Assembly: GCA_951406725.2 (NCBI GenBank)
Contig: OX597815.1
Span: 202,616,001-202,680,000, forward strand
DNA from: Octopus vulgaris
Lineage: Eukaryota
Direction: 5' to 3'
Length of the DNA stretch: 64,000 bases
The position numbers and the translations under genes were made by a program. Positions 1 through 14,245 of this stretch are shown here, one piece after another (position 1 is the first letter of the stretch; every line of letters begins with the position of its first letter). Below the pieces are notes generated by a model that was not told the origin of the DNA, made no database searches, and worked only from the letters and a program-made list of their open reading frames with translations.

Positions 1-243
1 AATGGCTGAGCATTCCACAGACACGTGTACCCTTAACGTAGTTCTCGGGGATAATCAGCGTGACACAGAGAGTGACAAGGCTGACCCTTTGAAATACAAG
101 TACAACTCATTTTTGCCAGCTGAGTGGACTGGAGCAACGTGAAATAAAGTGTCTTGCTCAAGGACACAACGCGTCGCCGGGAATCGAACTCACAACCTTA
201 CGATCATGAGCCGAATGCCCTAACCACTAAGCCATGCGCCCTC
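1..243 (-). mobile_element. tRNA-derived SINE (3' end cut by window edge)
   Basis: Minus strand begins GGCGCATGGCTTAGTGG (A box) ... GAGTTCGATTCCC (B box); its distal part matches the 3' half of the SINEs at 29544 and 41895. Confidence 0.9.
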
Positions 244-299
244 ACTTATATTTATATATTATTTTAAATATGAGGTGCTAATAGTTTCGTTCTGTGGCA

Positions 300-920
300 A
301 CTCAACAATTCCGCAGATTTATATAAACTGATTTGCATTCAAGGATTGCAATCCTTCCTGGGCCAGTGTGCCCTGTTTACATTTTATTCATCTTCGTGTG
401 GCGGTAGTGCTGTCTTGGAATGTTCCAGCATTAAACTGCATCTTATTGTCGTCAACCTTCCTGTATATTACACCCAACTCCTTGTTGAAGGGCACAGTAT
501 CTCCAGGGTTCGGTGTCCTTTCAGAGATTATTGTATCGTCCGCATAGCTAATATAGTCGGCTATCTAAGTAGCTGAGGGCATATCTGACTGGGCCACTGT
601 GAATAGCAGTGGTCATAAGACAGTGCCCTGTGGAATAATCACTCACTAATTGTGTTTCCTTAGAGGCGGCTCCATATGGCCACTACTGCATGACTTCTAT
701 CTTTTTAAAAAAATCTTGTAAACACTCTCCAAGTTTTCCGACGATGCCGAGATCACGCAGCTTTTGCCATATCATACGAAAGTCAACGTTATCAAAGGTT
801 TTTGCAAAGCCAACATATGTCACGTCCTGTGTCAGGCAGCTTCTACCAGGTCGAAAACAATGTTAGGTGTCAGACAGCAAGTCATTCGCTACAAAGAAGG
901 CAGTTTGTTTCTTTCGGACA
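300..920 (-). pseudogene. Decayed CR1/L2-type LINE reverse transcriptase fragment
   Basis: Minus-strand translation gives FAKTFDNV (~785-810), IPQGTVL*P (~611-637) and SYADDT (~531-549) in the expected order, with stops. Confidence 0.75.
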
Positions 921-1485
921 TTTTGTTCCAACACACACACACACACACAGACAAGTGCGCACACAGATGCACACGCACACCTGTGAGTTTATGTGAGTGT
1001 ATGTGCATATATGTGCGTGTGTACGCCCGTGCGTGTGTGTGTGTGTGTGTGTACATGTGTAAAGCGCAGTTGAATTATATTTTTGTAAACAAAGTTTTAT
1101 ATTAACAGAATTAACTTGACTCTTCCAAGCAACCTGTGTTTTGTCATTCTATGACAAACCTGGTGTTTCACTAAATTTGATTATATATTGCCATATACTT
1201 TTCTTAGTATATACATTTTAGGTGGTATTTTCTAAGAACAATTTCGTATTGGAAATATTTGATAAGCAACTATGTATACGAATGACATGTTCACTGCATG
1301 ATGTAGGTTAACTTCAACCAAAAACATCTGTTTACCTTCAAATGCAGGCAATTGAAAGTGTATTAACGATAACTCTGATCTAAGTTGACTTCCAATTAAT
1401 GGCTATTTCGCTTCTGTTGTTCTCTGTAATTTCCTTTCTTTTCATCTATTGTACATGTATGTTATGTATATATGTATAAATATAC

Positions 1486-1538
<53 letters not shown>

Positions 1539-1671
1539 ATACATATGTCTGTGTGCGTATTAGTAAATACATAAATATGCGCATGTATGTGTACTTGTGT
1601 ATGTGTGCGTGTCTGTTTTTTTGTGTGTGTGTGTATGTATGTGTGTGTGTGTATGTATGTGTGTGTGTGTG

Positions 1672-1945
1672 TGTGGTATAGCGGTTAGGGCTTTCGGTTC
1701 ACGATCATAAGGTCATAAATTCCTTCCCTGATGGTGTGGTATGTCCCCGAACAAGACACTTATTTCACGTTGATACAGTCCACAATGAATTGTACCTGTA
1801 TTTCAAAGTACCAGCTTTGTCTCCTAGAGAACTAACGTGTCTGTAGGGTGCTTAGCCACTACCAAGTAAATTTTACGAGCAGGCCTTTTTGTTGATCGGA
1901 TGAATCAACTGGGACATTCGTCGTCGTAACCGTCGAGGTGCCAAA
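1672..1945 (+). mobile_element. Degenerate tRNA-SINE, related to 1..243
   Basis: Diverged tRNA-like head, CAAGACACTTATTTCACGTTG body and CGTCGTCGTAACCG tail. Confidence 0.75.
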
Positions 1946-1948
1946 ACG

Positions 1949-1980
<32 letters not shown>

Positions 1981-3164
1981 TATATGAAATATTTTCATGA
2001 ATTGAACAGGTACTGCTAACCATCCACTAACCATTCAAAATACTACTATCATAGCACTCCCAAATTCTTTTTCTTCTTCTTCTGCTTCCCCTTCTCCTCC
2101 TCCTTATCTTTAGACAATGCATTGTTTCGACAATGAATAGGGTAAATGTTTTTTTAATTTTCCTTTAATTTCTGAATTACTACTACTTAGCGGTTTGAGT
2201 CCTGGCTGCTCTTTCTAGTGGGTTGAATGGCCTATCGAAGCCGTTCCTCAATTGTTGTTGAATTTATATATATAGTCTCTGACTATTTTCTCTTTCTCAC
2301 TAGACCGCTGGTGGCGAAAAAATTTCTATTGAATATTTTGCTACCCTATATTGATTATATATATATATATATATACTATAGGCCTAGTAACACCTTGATG
2401 TGATTCAAATAGATGAAATATGTTTTCCGGGAATATATTATAGCAATAAGGCAATATTCCAACTTCTTGTCACTGCTTCTATTAATTAATATATTATTAG
2501 AACTGCTAAAATATTAATTAAATTTATTATATAGCTAATTAAACACAAATAATACTTAATCAGAGATCACTGTGAAGATATATTTACGTTGAAGTATGCA
2601 GGTTCATTACAGAATAGCTTCATTAAATGGGAGTGTATACTAGTTAAACTACTTCTGCTATGCATCATAACGTGTCGTCACAGATGAGAAATCTTACAAT
2701 TGATAAAGATAGTACTTTAAAGCTATCGAGATAGAAGGTTTGAGTTTTAGAGCTTCAGTGAGATAATATTCGACGCTTAAAATAATGTATCTTTGAAGGG
2801 AGTTTGTTCTTTGTAAACCGCATGTATCTGGGAAAATCAAATATGTGGGCTTTTGATATTAACATCAGGTTTCCTCACAGAACGGGACCAGAAATGTCTT
2901 GTGATTCAATCTGACTGTTTGTACGAATGTTAGTCTTTATGTATCTAAGGTATTATTAAATATGCAACATTTTCCTGGGGATAGGCATAGATTTTATTGG
3001 CCTTTCGACAGAAGCCCTCTTAAATTTCAGCATTTTCATTTAAGAACGTTGCCTTGCTGATAAACCAACATAAAGTAAAATACTCTCCGAAGCCAATTAT
3101 CTGAAGTCAGTCGTCGTGAATATGACTGTACATCGCTATGACTGTTCATCGCTATACAGGTATC

Positions 3165-3211
3165 TAATGTCTATATGTATAGACAGACAGACAGACAGAT
3201 AGACAGACAGT

Positions 3212-3277
<66 letters not shown>

Positions 3278-3467
3278 TTTTAAGTATCATTAAAGTGAAT
3301 GAATTTGAAGTTTGTTTTGACTTAGGCTGGCTTTACTATAGTGATCACTTAAATCTAATGACTATATGGACAGACAGACAAACAGACATATATATAGATA
3401 GCTAGATACATAGATACATAGATAGATACATAGATATATATATACATATATATATATAGATAGATAT

Positions 3468-3506
<39 letters not shown>

Positions 3507-3636
3507 TATAGATATTTTAAGTATTATAAAAGTGAATGAATTTGAAGTTTGTTTTAATTTAGGCTGGCTTTATTATAGTGATCGATTAAGTCTAATGTCT
3601 ATATGGACAGACAGACAGACAGACAGATAGACAGAC

Positions 3637-3727
<91 letters not shown>

Positions 3728-3830
3728 CAGATAGATAGATAGATAGATATTTTATATATTTTAAAACTGAACGAAGTTGAAGTTCGCTCTAACTCGGGCT
3801 GCCTTTTTTTTTAGTGAACGCTAATAGTCT
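3165..3830. repeat. (GATA)n/(GACA)n arrays separated by a triplicated ~90 bp unique spacer
   Basis: AAGTGAATGAATTTGAAGTTTGTTTT...GGCTGGCTTT recurs at ~3292, ~3529 and, diverged, ~3765. Confidence 0.85.
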
Positions 3831-4524
3831 GAACAAAGTGAATTAGAGATGAGAAGGAATTCATTGAAGGAATCACGAAGAATGACCTATTGACATTACA
3901 GATATTTACAATACTTCTATCTTTAGACTTAAAACCAGGTTTGGCCTCCTCGCCTCACTAACCAGGTTTTATCATCCTTTCACCGCCATATCCTATGGTT
4001 TTCCCTCTCAAGCGTTGACTGGATGTCTGACGTTTGCTGATTACTCAGGCCGATTTTGGACTTCCAGCAGAGCAACAATTCAAAGATCATTAGTGCAAAT
4101 AAGTCTAAATAAAGTCGTGAATAAAATACATACGTAAAATCAATAACTAATTCTTCTCAAAACTTCTGACACACCTAAATTTAAGTGAATCCTATAAACA
4201 CAGAATTCCTGTGACTTCTCTGACTTGATCAATCTTGCCAAGTTTGAAACTCATAGTAAACATTCAAATTCGATAAGTCTTTCCGCTCCACCCAACTTAT
4301 TGAGTTCTATACGGGATCATTTTTGCCGTATGTCAAACATGTCGTTGCCATATTTGTCTACTGTTAAATTAATATACACACACGAACACACGCCAACACA
4401 CAGAAATACACACAAACACGCATGTGCGCACACGCACATATAAACATATAGATATACACATGCAAACACGAACGCACATATAAACGTATACACGCAATAT
4501 ATACATTGACATATACACATGTGT

Positions 4525-4610
4525 ATACCGTCTACGAAATCCACCCCTTTTGTAGAAGGCACTTACCCAAGTTGCCGTGCAGTAGGACTGAACCTGGAAC
4601 CATGTCGTTC
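4525..4610 (-). mobile_element. SINE head fragment
   Basis: TAGAAGGCACTTACCCAAGTTGCCGTGCAGTAGGACTGAACCTGGAACCATG matches 12121-12178. Confidence 0.7.
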
Positions 4611-5543
4611 CTATACGTATATGTAATTGGCTGAAACCAAGTCTAGGTAAAGCTAGTATCTTTAAAAACTGTCGTGACACTCTAAAAGCCATTCATTTGT
4701 AGTTGACAACGTTATATTTCGATAACGAAATTAAATTATTATTTTGCTTCTCGATACAGAATTGCTTACATTTCATTCACCTCCTTTACTATCACACACA
4801 CATACACACACACACACATACACATACGGACACACACACACAGACACAGAGGCACACACGCACACACACATATGTGCGGGCAGTCTCAGAAGAAAAAAAT
4901 TTACACGCACGTGCACACACATACACATACAGAGATACATTTGTATGCATCTGCAGCGTGCAAGATATATGCATTTATACATACGTAAAGATATCGAAGA
5001 GTCAGTTTTAGACTAAGTTTATATGTAATTGTATATATTTTGATATGTTTGCATTGTTATGTTAAACCTTATCTTTAACTTGTCGTTTCATAGGTATTTG
5101 TCTGTTTGCAATCGTATTTCCAATTTTCTTTCTAACTTAGAGTTTCCTGTATCACAGGGACAGCGCTTGTGTTCTCTCATACAAAGCTAAATTTTCTTTC
5201 CCTTTTGAATAATTTCAGTTTATATTTTCTGGGTATGTTTTATATTGTAAACAACTGACACAATAATCGTTTAGATTTTAGTTATATTTTGTATAATATA
5301 TCAAAACACTTCAAATGATGACATCTGTTTTCTTTCAAATGAAACAATTTTATTTGAGAAAAGAATTTTGATGGCATCAAATATGTTACAGATTACTCTC
5401 TTTCTGAACGTCACGTGACATTGACCATTCCTCTCTCGAATATATATATATATGTGCGTGTGTGCATAAGAATATCAGTGAGTCAGTTCACGTAATGGGT
5501 GTGCGTCTCTGTGTATGTTTGTGTGTGTATCTGTGCGTGTGTG

Positions 5544-5591
<48 letters not shown>

Positions 5592-6215
5592 GGGTATGTT
5601 TAAGACTTGCATCTTCTCGAGTCTAGCAACTTCTGTAGTCAAGAGTGCGTATTGAAACAGAAAGAAGTGTAGATATCTGTGGCCAGAGAAACAGAGAGTG
5701 AATTTTATACTATGGCATGCCATTTCTGGACAATACTTAAATCTTTGAGCTCCGGTTTCATTCATATTTAAACATACCATCAGTATATCAAGAAATTTTC
5801 TTTTATACTATTTAATATAGATCTTTTTAGACTGATCACTCTTTCTAACACACTTACACACTGTGTGTGTGTGCGCGCGCGTGTGTAGAGTATGACAGGG
5901 TAGCCTATAGCTCAGGTAATGTCGCAATGCACAGTTATATCGAAATCATACTTGTACTTTATGGAAAAAGGTGTACGAAAAGTTCATCCAATCCGTTTCA
6001 CATTTATAATAATCAGCTGGGAACCGGGCACCGAAGCAGAAGAATTCTACGTTGGGTATCTTGCTAATGGCAATTACGCACACATACACACATAATCACA
6101 TGCATTCATACATACACACATACCTACCTACTTACCAACATACATACATACATACATACATACATACATGCCTACATACATGCATACATTCATACATACT
6201 TGTAAACACACATAC

Positions 6216-6277
<62 letters not shown>

Positions 6278-6640
6278 AAAAAGGCATTTTTTTCCAAATA
6301 CACCAGCTAAACTTAGTTGTACTGTCTATAAGTCGTAAGACACCCGCTGTTATTATCCTGTTTTTACCATTATTGTTTTTTGTATTTTATATTCGTGTGG
6401 CATCGTCCGTTTTTCTGTCCCTGTTTCGTATACATTCGATCCTTTTTCCAAGAAATCTAATGCTCGTAGCTTAGTTTTTTCCTTGGGGCTGGCCGGATCG
6501 GAGAGATCTCAAGATTAATCAGCCGAAATTGCTAGGATGATCCGGTTCTTGACTGAAGATTGAAGGCTTCGAATGTCCCGTCCGTGTTTTTTGTATCGTC
6601 TTCTAAATGTTTTACGTCCTTGTCCCAGTTTGTATTTTTC

Positions 6641-6685
<45 letters not shown>

Positions 6686-8468
6686 CAAACATACATACGT
6701 ATATTTATGTGTGCTTGAGAAGGAGAGAAAAAAGTGTGGGAATGGATATATATTTTTGTGTACCATTTCGCAAATCGGACATTGCAGAACTTGCTATGCA
6801 CCAAATATCGCTTTTATTGAATGATAGTCTAGCTTCCGGGTTAACAAAGGAAAAAAGTTTCCTTTGTAAGATGCTGGTCTTAGCCGGTATGTATTTGTCT
6901 TACCTCTCAGGAAATCGACGGCGATTCATCTGAGTTACTGTCGCTAGGACTAGCAAACTACGAAATCTGTTGTGCAAAATAAAGCTCAAATGTTGGCTTC
7001 ACCAAGGTGCGAACCTGATAACAGAGATTTAAGCACGAAACTCACAAGCTGATTTTCCTAAGTTAATATAGACATTTACTATACGACCGACTGTTTCATT
7101 TTCATTTAGTGAACATAAGAAATTCAAATATTTCTTATCGGATGTTAAATGTGACGTCTATGTTTGCTGATGTATATTCGCTGACATTGCTTAGTGAGAT
7201 ACTTGTATTTTCCATTCTTTGTACTGCCTTGGGTAAGGAAATAATTTTGTTTAGCTTTCTATTCGGCTGCTGTCTGGTGTCTTTTTATCGATGTTAATTT
7301 AGAGTTTCCTGTAATTTTTCTTTATATCTGTTGGCGTTAATTATGGCAAATGTGTTATTATCGACTGCTTTTGTAATGCTAATATTCTGGTTATGAACTA
7401 TTTCTTTTGTGATCTTTTTAGCTTTTCTCTAAACAACAGACTTTCTTTCGTGCAGCACAAGATAATTTTAAAAACTTATTCTTTGTTTTATAATTAAGTT
7501 AATCGTTATATTTTTATCATCGTCAATATTCTTTTAGTTTCTTTTAGTCTTTGAGAGAAAAAAACGTTACAATTCCATTCGATTTAGTATGTTTAGGTAT
7601 CTAACTTGGATGTTGTAATTAATTCTAAAGTAAAGAACTTCCAATTTCGACTATATAAACAGTGATTCAGATATGTTTGCACATTCGTCTTGGTTGAGTG
7701 ACGTATAATTTATATACTTATGTTATATTTCCGTTTACATTGTTTGTGTCTCACTGACTCAGTTACTGGCCTTTGACAGATTCTTGTTGCTTCCTTACAT
7801 CTTCAGGTCATGTCTAGCAACTCCTTTCTGAATATTTAGATTTCATTTTTGATCTTCTAATATTCACTGGTTTTCATCCTTTGTGCAGTATGGTTCCAAA
7901 CATAGAAGTGTTGACTCATTCACTAATGCAAACGCACAAGTAATATTCACAATCACACACGCATATACAGACATACAACTTACATACATACATATAACAT
8001 ATGAATATAATACACAGACATATACATACATATATGCTTGTTTTTTACGATATAATAAATACAATTTTACATTAAACTGAAGGATTACTCAATACATCTG
8101 GTAGACTACAAATTAAATTTTCTCTAGCAACAACACAAATGCGCAATTATAGTCGACTTCAGCAAAATTTGAACTCAGATCGTAAAACCGGAAGAAATGC
8201 TGTCTAAGCATTTTCGCTTGAGTGCTAACTCGCCATCTATCTCTCTCTCTCTCTCTCTCTCTCTGGTAATATTAAGTCGGTATGCCTTTAATCTCCTTAT
8301 GTCTCTGAATTAGAATCTCTTGGTGTATGCTCGTTTTTCCTTCTCGGTGATCTTTCTCGACAGTATTGCCTTTCAATGGCTATTCCATAGTGGTAGTATA
8401 CATTATTGTGCAAAGCTACCCTTCCACACAGGCCCTCTCCATATCTTCCCATCCTCCAACTTTGCCAG

Positions 8469-8516
<48 letters not shown>

Positions 8517-8769
8517 TTTATATATTTGTTTTGCAAGATTCTTGATGTGAAATCGTGTGTTGAAACAGATGTTATTGTATTTAGGAATGGTCATTTTGCC
8601 ACTTTGGGCAATAAAAACACACGCACTATATATTTAGTGTTAATTTGCTTCAGCGTTATTTATTTTTTACATTAATCTTAACCTTATTTCGGCCAGAGTT
8701 CTTTCGTCACAGTTCTGTGACCTCATCAGTGGTCCATTGCCTTCTTTCTTATTTGTGTGTCTCTCCTTA

Positions 8770-9198
8770 CTAACGGTCAGCCATCAAAATGGAGTATTCA
8801 AGTATTCGAGCGGTTCCAAGCGGTGCTGTTTTCTGCAAGTGCTCCACCCTTATAGCAGGCCTTATTTGTTCCATGTACTTCCCAAGAATTTTACTCTCTG
8901 TTCCCTGGGCTCCGACAATTATTGATACTACTACCACCGTTTTCCTCGACCACAACTGTTTAACCTCCCACACTAACCTGTCAGGACTATCAACTTTTCT
9001 TTCTTCCTTATCGCATACCCAGTTGTCAGCTGGGCATACTATATCTATGATCCAGCATAATTTGCTTTCTTTCTCAAGTAACACTATGTCTGGCTTCTGA
9101 TTCCCTATCTCATGGTCGCACAATATCCCATAGGATCTTTGCATTATCATTTTCGATGTTGCCTTCGGGTTTATGTTCGTACCACTTTTTTGCTCTAT
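8770..9198 (-). pseudogene. R4/Dong-clade LINE 3' fragment, restriction-like endonuclease (RLE) domain
   Basis: KWYEHKPEG..ILW..CDHEIGNQKPDIVL..CWIIDIVCP..IIVGA.G..LQKTAPLGTARILE (PD..D RLE motif); homologous to 58312-58624 and 61001-61227. Confidence 0.85.
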
Positions 9199-9201
9199 TA
9201 A

Positions 9202-9228
<27 letters not shown>

Positions 9229-9232
<4 letters not shown>

Positions 9233-9449
9233 TAGTTTTATTTTTATAGCGTGCTTTCACTTCACTACCGAGCGCAGCTCTGTGTGCCTTGGGTATGTGC
9301 TGTGATTTGTTGTGATGCTCTGATGGTTATTGTATGGAAAGTGTTCTGCGTAGGATGTGTGCAGTGCCTAGTAGTGCAATTTTATGTATGTTATATGTGT
9401 TTGTAAGTCCTGGTGTTTTTGTTATGTATTTGTCTGAATATTTTGTCTG

Positions 9450-9452
<3 letters not shown>
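9229..9452 (-). mobile_element. 3' end of a second R4/Dong family (ORF C-terminus plus 3' UTR) between (TAA)n tracts
   Basis: Minus strand reads YSDKYITKTPGLTNTYNIHKIALLGTAHILRRTLSIQ*; flanked by (ATT)n on both sides. Confidence 0.8.
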
Positions 9453-9480
<28 letters not shown>

Positions 9481-9484
9481 TTGC

Positions 9485-9528
<44 letters not shown>

Positions 9529-9531
9529 GTT

Positions 9532-9567
<36 letters not shown>

Positions 9568-9619
9568 ATTATTATTACTGTTACTAATACTATTATAATT
9601 ATTATTATTATTCTGATTT

Positions 9620-10300
9620 AATAACAAATATATATAAAGTTACAGAAATCCCTTACCTTATAATATTTCTGTGTAGTATTTTTGATGGCGTATTCTAAAT
9701 ACTTCGGCTGTGTTCCTTGATTCTTTGTCTACTCTTGTTAATTTAATCAGCGTCTAGTTGAGAATATCGCGACTATATAGCAACAACGTCTACTTGAGAC
9801 TATTGTAATAGTATTGATTCCTTTTAGATTGTACTAATTATTTTTTTTTGTTTTTACATTTATTCTGCTTTCAGTATTAGTATAATAAATACATCAATAA
9901 TATTTCTTCTTAATCATTCTTTTGATTTGTGTGTGTTTTACTCTACTTAGTTCATTAACTCATTAGTAAGTGTAAGTCTGCGTTTAATCGAATTCTACTA
10001 CTTTTTCTTTCTTTATGGAACATGATATTAACGGTGTTTATTAATTTGTCTCTCAAGCAATACATTGATATTTCATACAAAAATAATCCCATCAGCAAGG
10101 AGCCACGCGTAACAGTCCTCCAATTTGTTTTCCATTTGTTACAAATATTTTCTGCATCCGTTTGTTGCGTGAGTATGTAAAAATGGTTAAGGATTATTCT
10201 GTAATATCATTTTTGTCCGGGCACCTTCTGGTTAAACTTGCTAGTTAAGTATGAAAACGGGAAACACGAAAAAAGAGTTAAGTTGGAATATGTTAGTATA
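9620..10300 (-). pseudogene. Highly decayed LINE RT remnant, probably RTE
   Basis: Minus-strand remnants across frameshifts: KVPGQ-NDITE (KAPGxDxI-like, ~10197-10228), ICNKWK, IKRRL. Confidence 0.35.
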
Positions 10301-11791
10301 TAATTTGTTTCATTAGCAACTGGATTTAGTTTCATTATTCTTTGTTATGTTTGTGTCTTTAGAGATATTTCCAGTGTATTTATTCGATGTCTGTAGGCCT
10401 ATTTATCATTAGTGGTCCCCTGATCAGCGTTTATGTATACACAGCTTTCTCCGAATCATTCGAGCGGTACGCACATAATGGAATAACATCAATTGTTAAT
10501 AAAATTTAAATATCTTAGGTAAAACACAATATCGATAGGCTGATAGGTTAAGAAGGAGAAAAGACCTTGCGAGTAACAGGAACTTCACTATGTTAGGATG
10601 TAAAGGAAAACTCAAGTGATGTATTGTTGAAATTTTTAAATAATTTGCCTTTCTTACAAAACCTATTGTGATAGATTATGAACACAGTAAGCCATTGTGC
10701 TATGCAGTTAGCATTTAAATCTGTGCGTATTCATCAAACAGAACTGGTGAAAATCTGCTGCAAACAGGATGAGTATTGTGTTAGTTCTGTAAAAAGTCCC
10801 CTCAAAGAAAGTGTTACGCGCGCTGCCTAAGTTTTACTTTCTGGATCATAAATAGTGTGCATGTACGGATGCCGTGTGTACGCTTATAATATAAAAATAT
10901 AATTACATTCGTAAAATCCTGCGTGGACTATAGTTTTATTTCTTATTTTATACTAGAGGTATGCTTTCATTGCAACACGAGTTTAGTGATTATTTTCGAC
11001 AAAAATTTGTTAATATTTGTTGTGTCTAAACGGTTGAATAACTCTTCTAAACAATTTTTAGGTTTACAAATTCATGGCTTGACAAACAATTCCTGCTATT
11101 TACAACGCTATTCATTTTACTATCTCTCACTCTCTTCTGACATAATACAGATTTCATCTGCATACGATCCCCTTTGCTTCTATGACCGTTAGAGATATGA
11201 CACCCCTGCTTCCATGACTGATAGAGATGTGGAAAGCTTGCATTTTTCCGCGTGGTACCTTGTGTATCGAGGTCTAACTCTACAGCTTTTCAAGTCAGAA
11301 TAAATGATCAAGTAATCACATATGAAAGAATAGTAACTCGTAAGCATTGTTATTATTTCATAATAACTGTATAGATTTTACAAGTTAAGATATCGGTAGC
11401 TGGACTCTGTATTCGCAGCTAGAAACCACGCCACTTCTAAACATGTGATGGCACTTAAAGTAATAAGGTATTCTTCTACAAACATGCAATAAATTTAAGT
11501 CGATCCAAAACAACTACACTATTCTGCTGATGAATACAAATTTTATAACCAACACAGCGCCAGTACTCACCCACAGAGCCTTTATTTCTAATACATGTTT
11601 CTTCTTTTGTGTAGTTATTCATGAAAAAGCTGCTCTTCCGTTACGTTTCTAGTTCACCTTAAACCCAAATCCTACGTGACATGGTTTGCTGATACTGTTT
11701 AATGGGAACTGCAGCTTTTAGAAATTTACTTCCTTGTCTGCATAATCTTCAACGAAGATACGAACAAACTCTTAATCTTCACATTTTGATA

Positions 11792-12006
11792 CTCTCTCTT
11801 TTACTCTTTTACTTGTTTCACTCATTTGACTGCAGCCATGCTGGAGCACCACCTTTAATCGAGGAAATCGACCACCAGGACTTATTCTTTGTAAGCCTAG
11901 TACTTATTCTATCGGTCTCTTTTGACGGGGACGTAAACACACCAGCATCGGTTGTCAAGCAATGCTAGGGAGACAAACACAGATACACAAACACATACAC
12001 TCACAT

Positions 12007-12053
<47 letters not shown>

Positions 12054-12218
12054 TACGACAGGCTTCTTTCAGTTTCCGCCTACCAAATCCACTCACAAGG
12101 CATTGGTCGGCCCGAGGCTATAGTAGAAGACACTTGTCCAAGGTGCCACGCAGTGGGACTGAACCCGGAACCATGTGGTTGGTAAGCAAGCTACTTACCA
12201 CACAGCCACTCCTGCGCC
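11792..12218 (-). mobile_element. tRNA-SINE with internal (CA)n/(TA)n tract
   Basis: Head GGCGCAGGAGTGGCTGTGTGG...GGTTCAGTCCC; tail GTAAAAGAGTAAAAGAG; same family as 28611 and 40409. Confidence 0.92.
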
Positions 12219-12254
12219 TATATGATAATAGACATTTTAATATTTTCGTCTAGT

Positions 12255-12455
12255 AGGGGTCGAAATAGCAGAATCATTACGGCGCCCAAAGAAAGGCTTA
12301 GCTGCATTTCTTTCGAGTTCAAAATCCACTGAGGTCAACTTTTCCTTTCATTCTTTCGGGGTCGATAAGATAAATATTAGTTGAGCACAGGCATCGATGT
12401 AATTGACTTACCCCCTACTTCGATGTTGCTGGCCTTGTGCTAGAATTCGAAACCA
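12255..12455 (+). mobile_element. SINE of the GCCTTTCATCCTTTCGGGGTCGATAAA-core family (degenerate)
   Basis: GAGTTCAAAATCC...CCTTTCATTCTTTCGGGGTCGATAAG. Confidence 0.75.
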
Positions 12456-12509
12456 ATATAATATAATACTTTCTCATAATATAATACTTTCTCATAAGCA
12501 GAAAGTCTA

Positions 12510-12690
12510 AAAGTTTGTGGTGAGAGGGCTAGTCGACTCCAGCGCTCAAGTGATATTTATTTTATCCACCTCGAAGGGTGAAAGGCAATGTCTACTGCAG
12601 TGGAATTTGAATTCAGATAGTAAAGACGGACGAAATGCGACGAAATATGTTGTCCGGCGTGCTAATAATTGTCTCAGATCGCTAACTTTT
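12510..12690 (-). mobile_element. SINE, same core family, degenerate
   Basis: GAAGGGTGAAAGGCAA...GGAATTTGAATTCAG. Confidence 0.65.
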
Positions 12691-14093
12691 GACCTCTTAT
12701 AATAAAAGATGATGAGATGTTGTTTTTTCTTAACCACATTTCAGTTTTGGTTGAGATGACTTTAGATTAAAGGTCTTTCAGACGTGAGAATCCTGTGTTT
12801 CTTGTTAGATATTATAAATCAAGGACTACAGAACCTATGTTTACGGCATTTTTTAAATCCATGAAACAATTTTATGAAGATATTCCGGTTAATTCTTGGA
12901 GCCCGCTCTAACTTATACGAGTCTCTATAAGCAAGTGTATTATTGGTATTTAATTGGTGATGTCATTATTCACGTTTTTCATGAAATCTAACGATGCAGT
13001 TATCTATTTTCTATTCATCTGTTTCTATTGAACGATCTTTTATCACCACAAAGAAGTTTGACGAAAACATTTGAAGATATATTTCCTTTCCCTAACTGAT
13101 AAACATATAGTATTTGTGAAATGTTATGACTTTAAAATTATAAATGCTCTTTAATGTTTTTCCAATGAAAGAAAACGGCATGAATCTCGTAAAATATTCA
13201 AAATAACCTCCGGAACTTTTAGATTTTAGATTGTTACTTATTTCCTAATGGACATCAGTAGATATCCGTAAAATGTTATATGCAAACTGCAGTAACACAA
13301 ACCTGTTGATTTTCCTTTATAATAAAGGGGAATCGCGTTTTATTATTGATAACACCATAGCCAGCGTATATAGCATTCAATTACTAAAACGAAAACCCTA
13401 AATTAATCCTTAGCTTCGCTCACCAACCACCAATGTTCTTAACCATTATAACTGAAATCGATATCATCGTTTCTCTGCAGTGGAAAGTGTCTTCTCGCTT
13501 ATTATATTTGCTGTCATTTTTATTTGTTAATAAATTTTCCATTAACCATTTCCTTGAGTGCATTCTTCATTGTTTGTCGCTCTTTTCTCTATTTTCCCCA
13601 TTATATTTGCACTTTAATTTCAGTACTTAAAATATATGTTATCATTCCTAGAAGGAAAAATGATCAGAGTTTTGCACAATATTTACAATTACATTAGTAT
13701 TCCCCATCCAGCAACACTCTGCAGTAATGATACTTTGAGTTTTAACATGATAAAAACAGTAACAAATATATAAGCAAACATAGGATTGTTCTGTTCTTTA
13801 TATGTGCACAGCTTTGTGTAATTTATTAGCAAACTGAAGTTGTAAACGTAGACACGGTTCAAATCCTATAGCTTGATGTAGTTCCATTTAAGTTCTAGTA
13901 CTTTCGGGATATCCAATTAGCACAATAATATTCAGCTAATTCACAGGGTTAATTTTGAAATTTGAAACTTAATATTGAATACTATAAATTAACTACACAA
14001 ATAACTGCGGCTTTTCTATACCAGAAAGTTTACAGTATATTTAAAGCAAACAAAAAAGAAATGTTGATAGAAAGATATATACACAGCAGTTCC

Positions 14094-14245
14094 CATTGCC
14101 AATTAGAATCATTTCACTAACCATGAACATTAAAGTTTCTATGAAAGTGAATCTGAGTTATAAAAATCTCTCATTGCCAATTAGAATAATTTCATTACCC
14201 ACCAACATTGAAATTTCTGCGTAGCGAATTTGAGATATAAAATCT
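14094..14245. repeat. Diverged 78 bp tandem duplication
   Basis: CATTGCCAATTAGAAT...AAAATCT starts at 14094 and at 14172. Confidence 0.8.

Noticed and set aside
6485-6575. GGCUG/CAGCC-GAAA and a downstream CUGAAGA in a TA-flanked segment
   Set aside because: Parts could not be assembled into any hammerhead topology
14094-14245. Short repeated units as CRISPR-like arrays (also 11168-11232, 12459-12497)
   Set aside because: Simple two-copy tandem duplications without spacers in eukaryotic DNA; no cas genes
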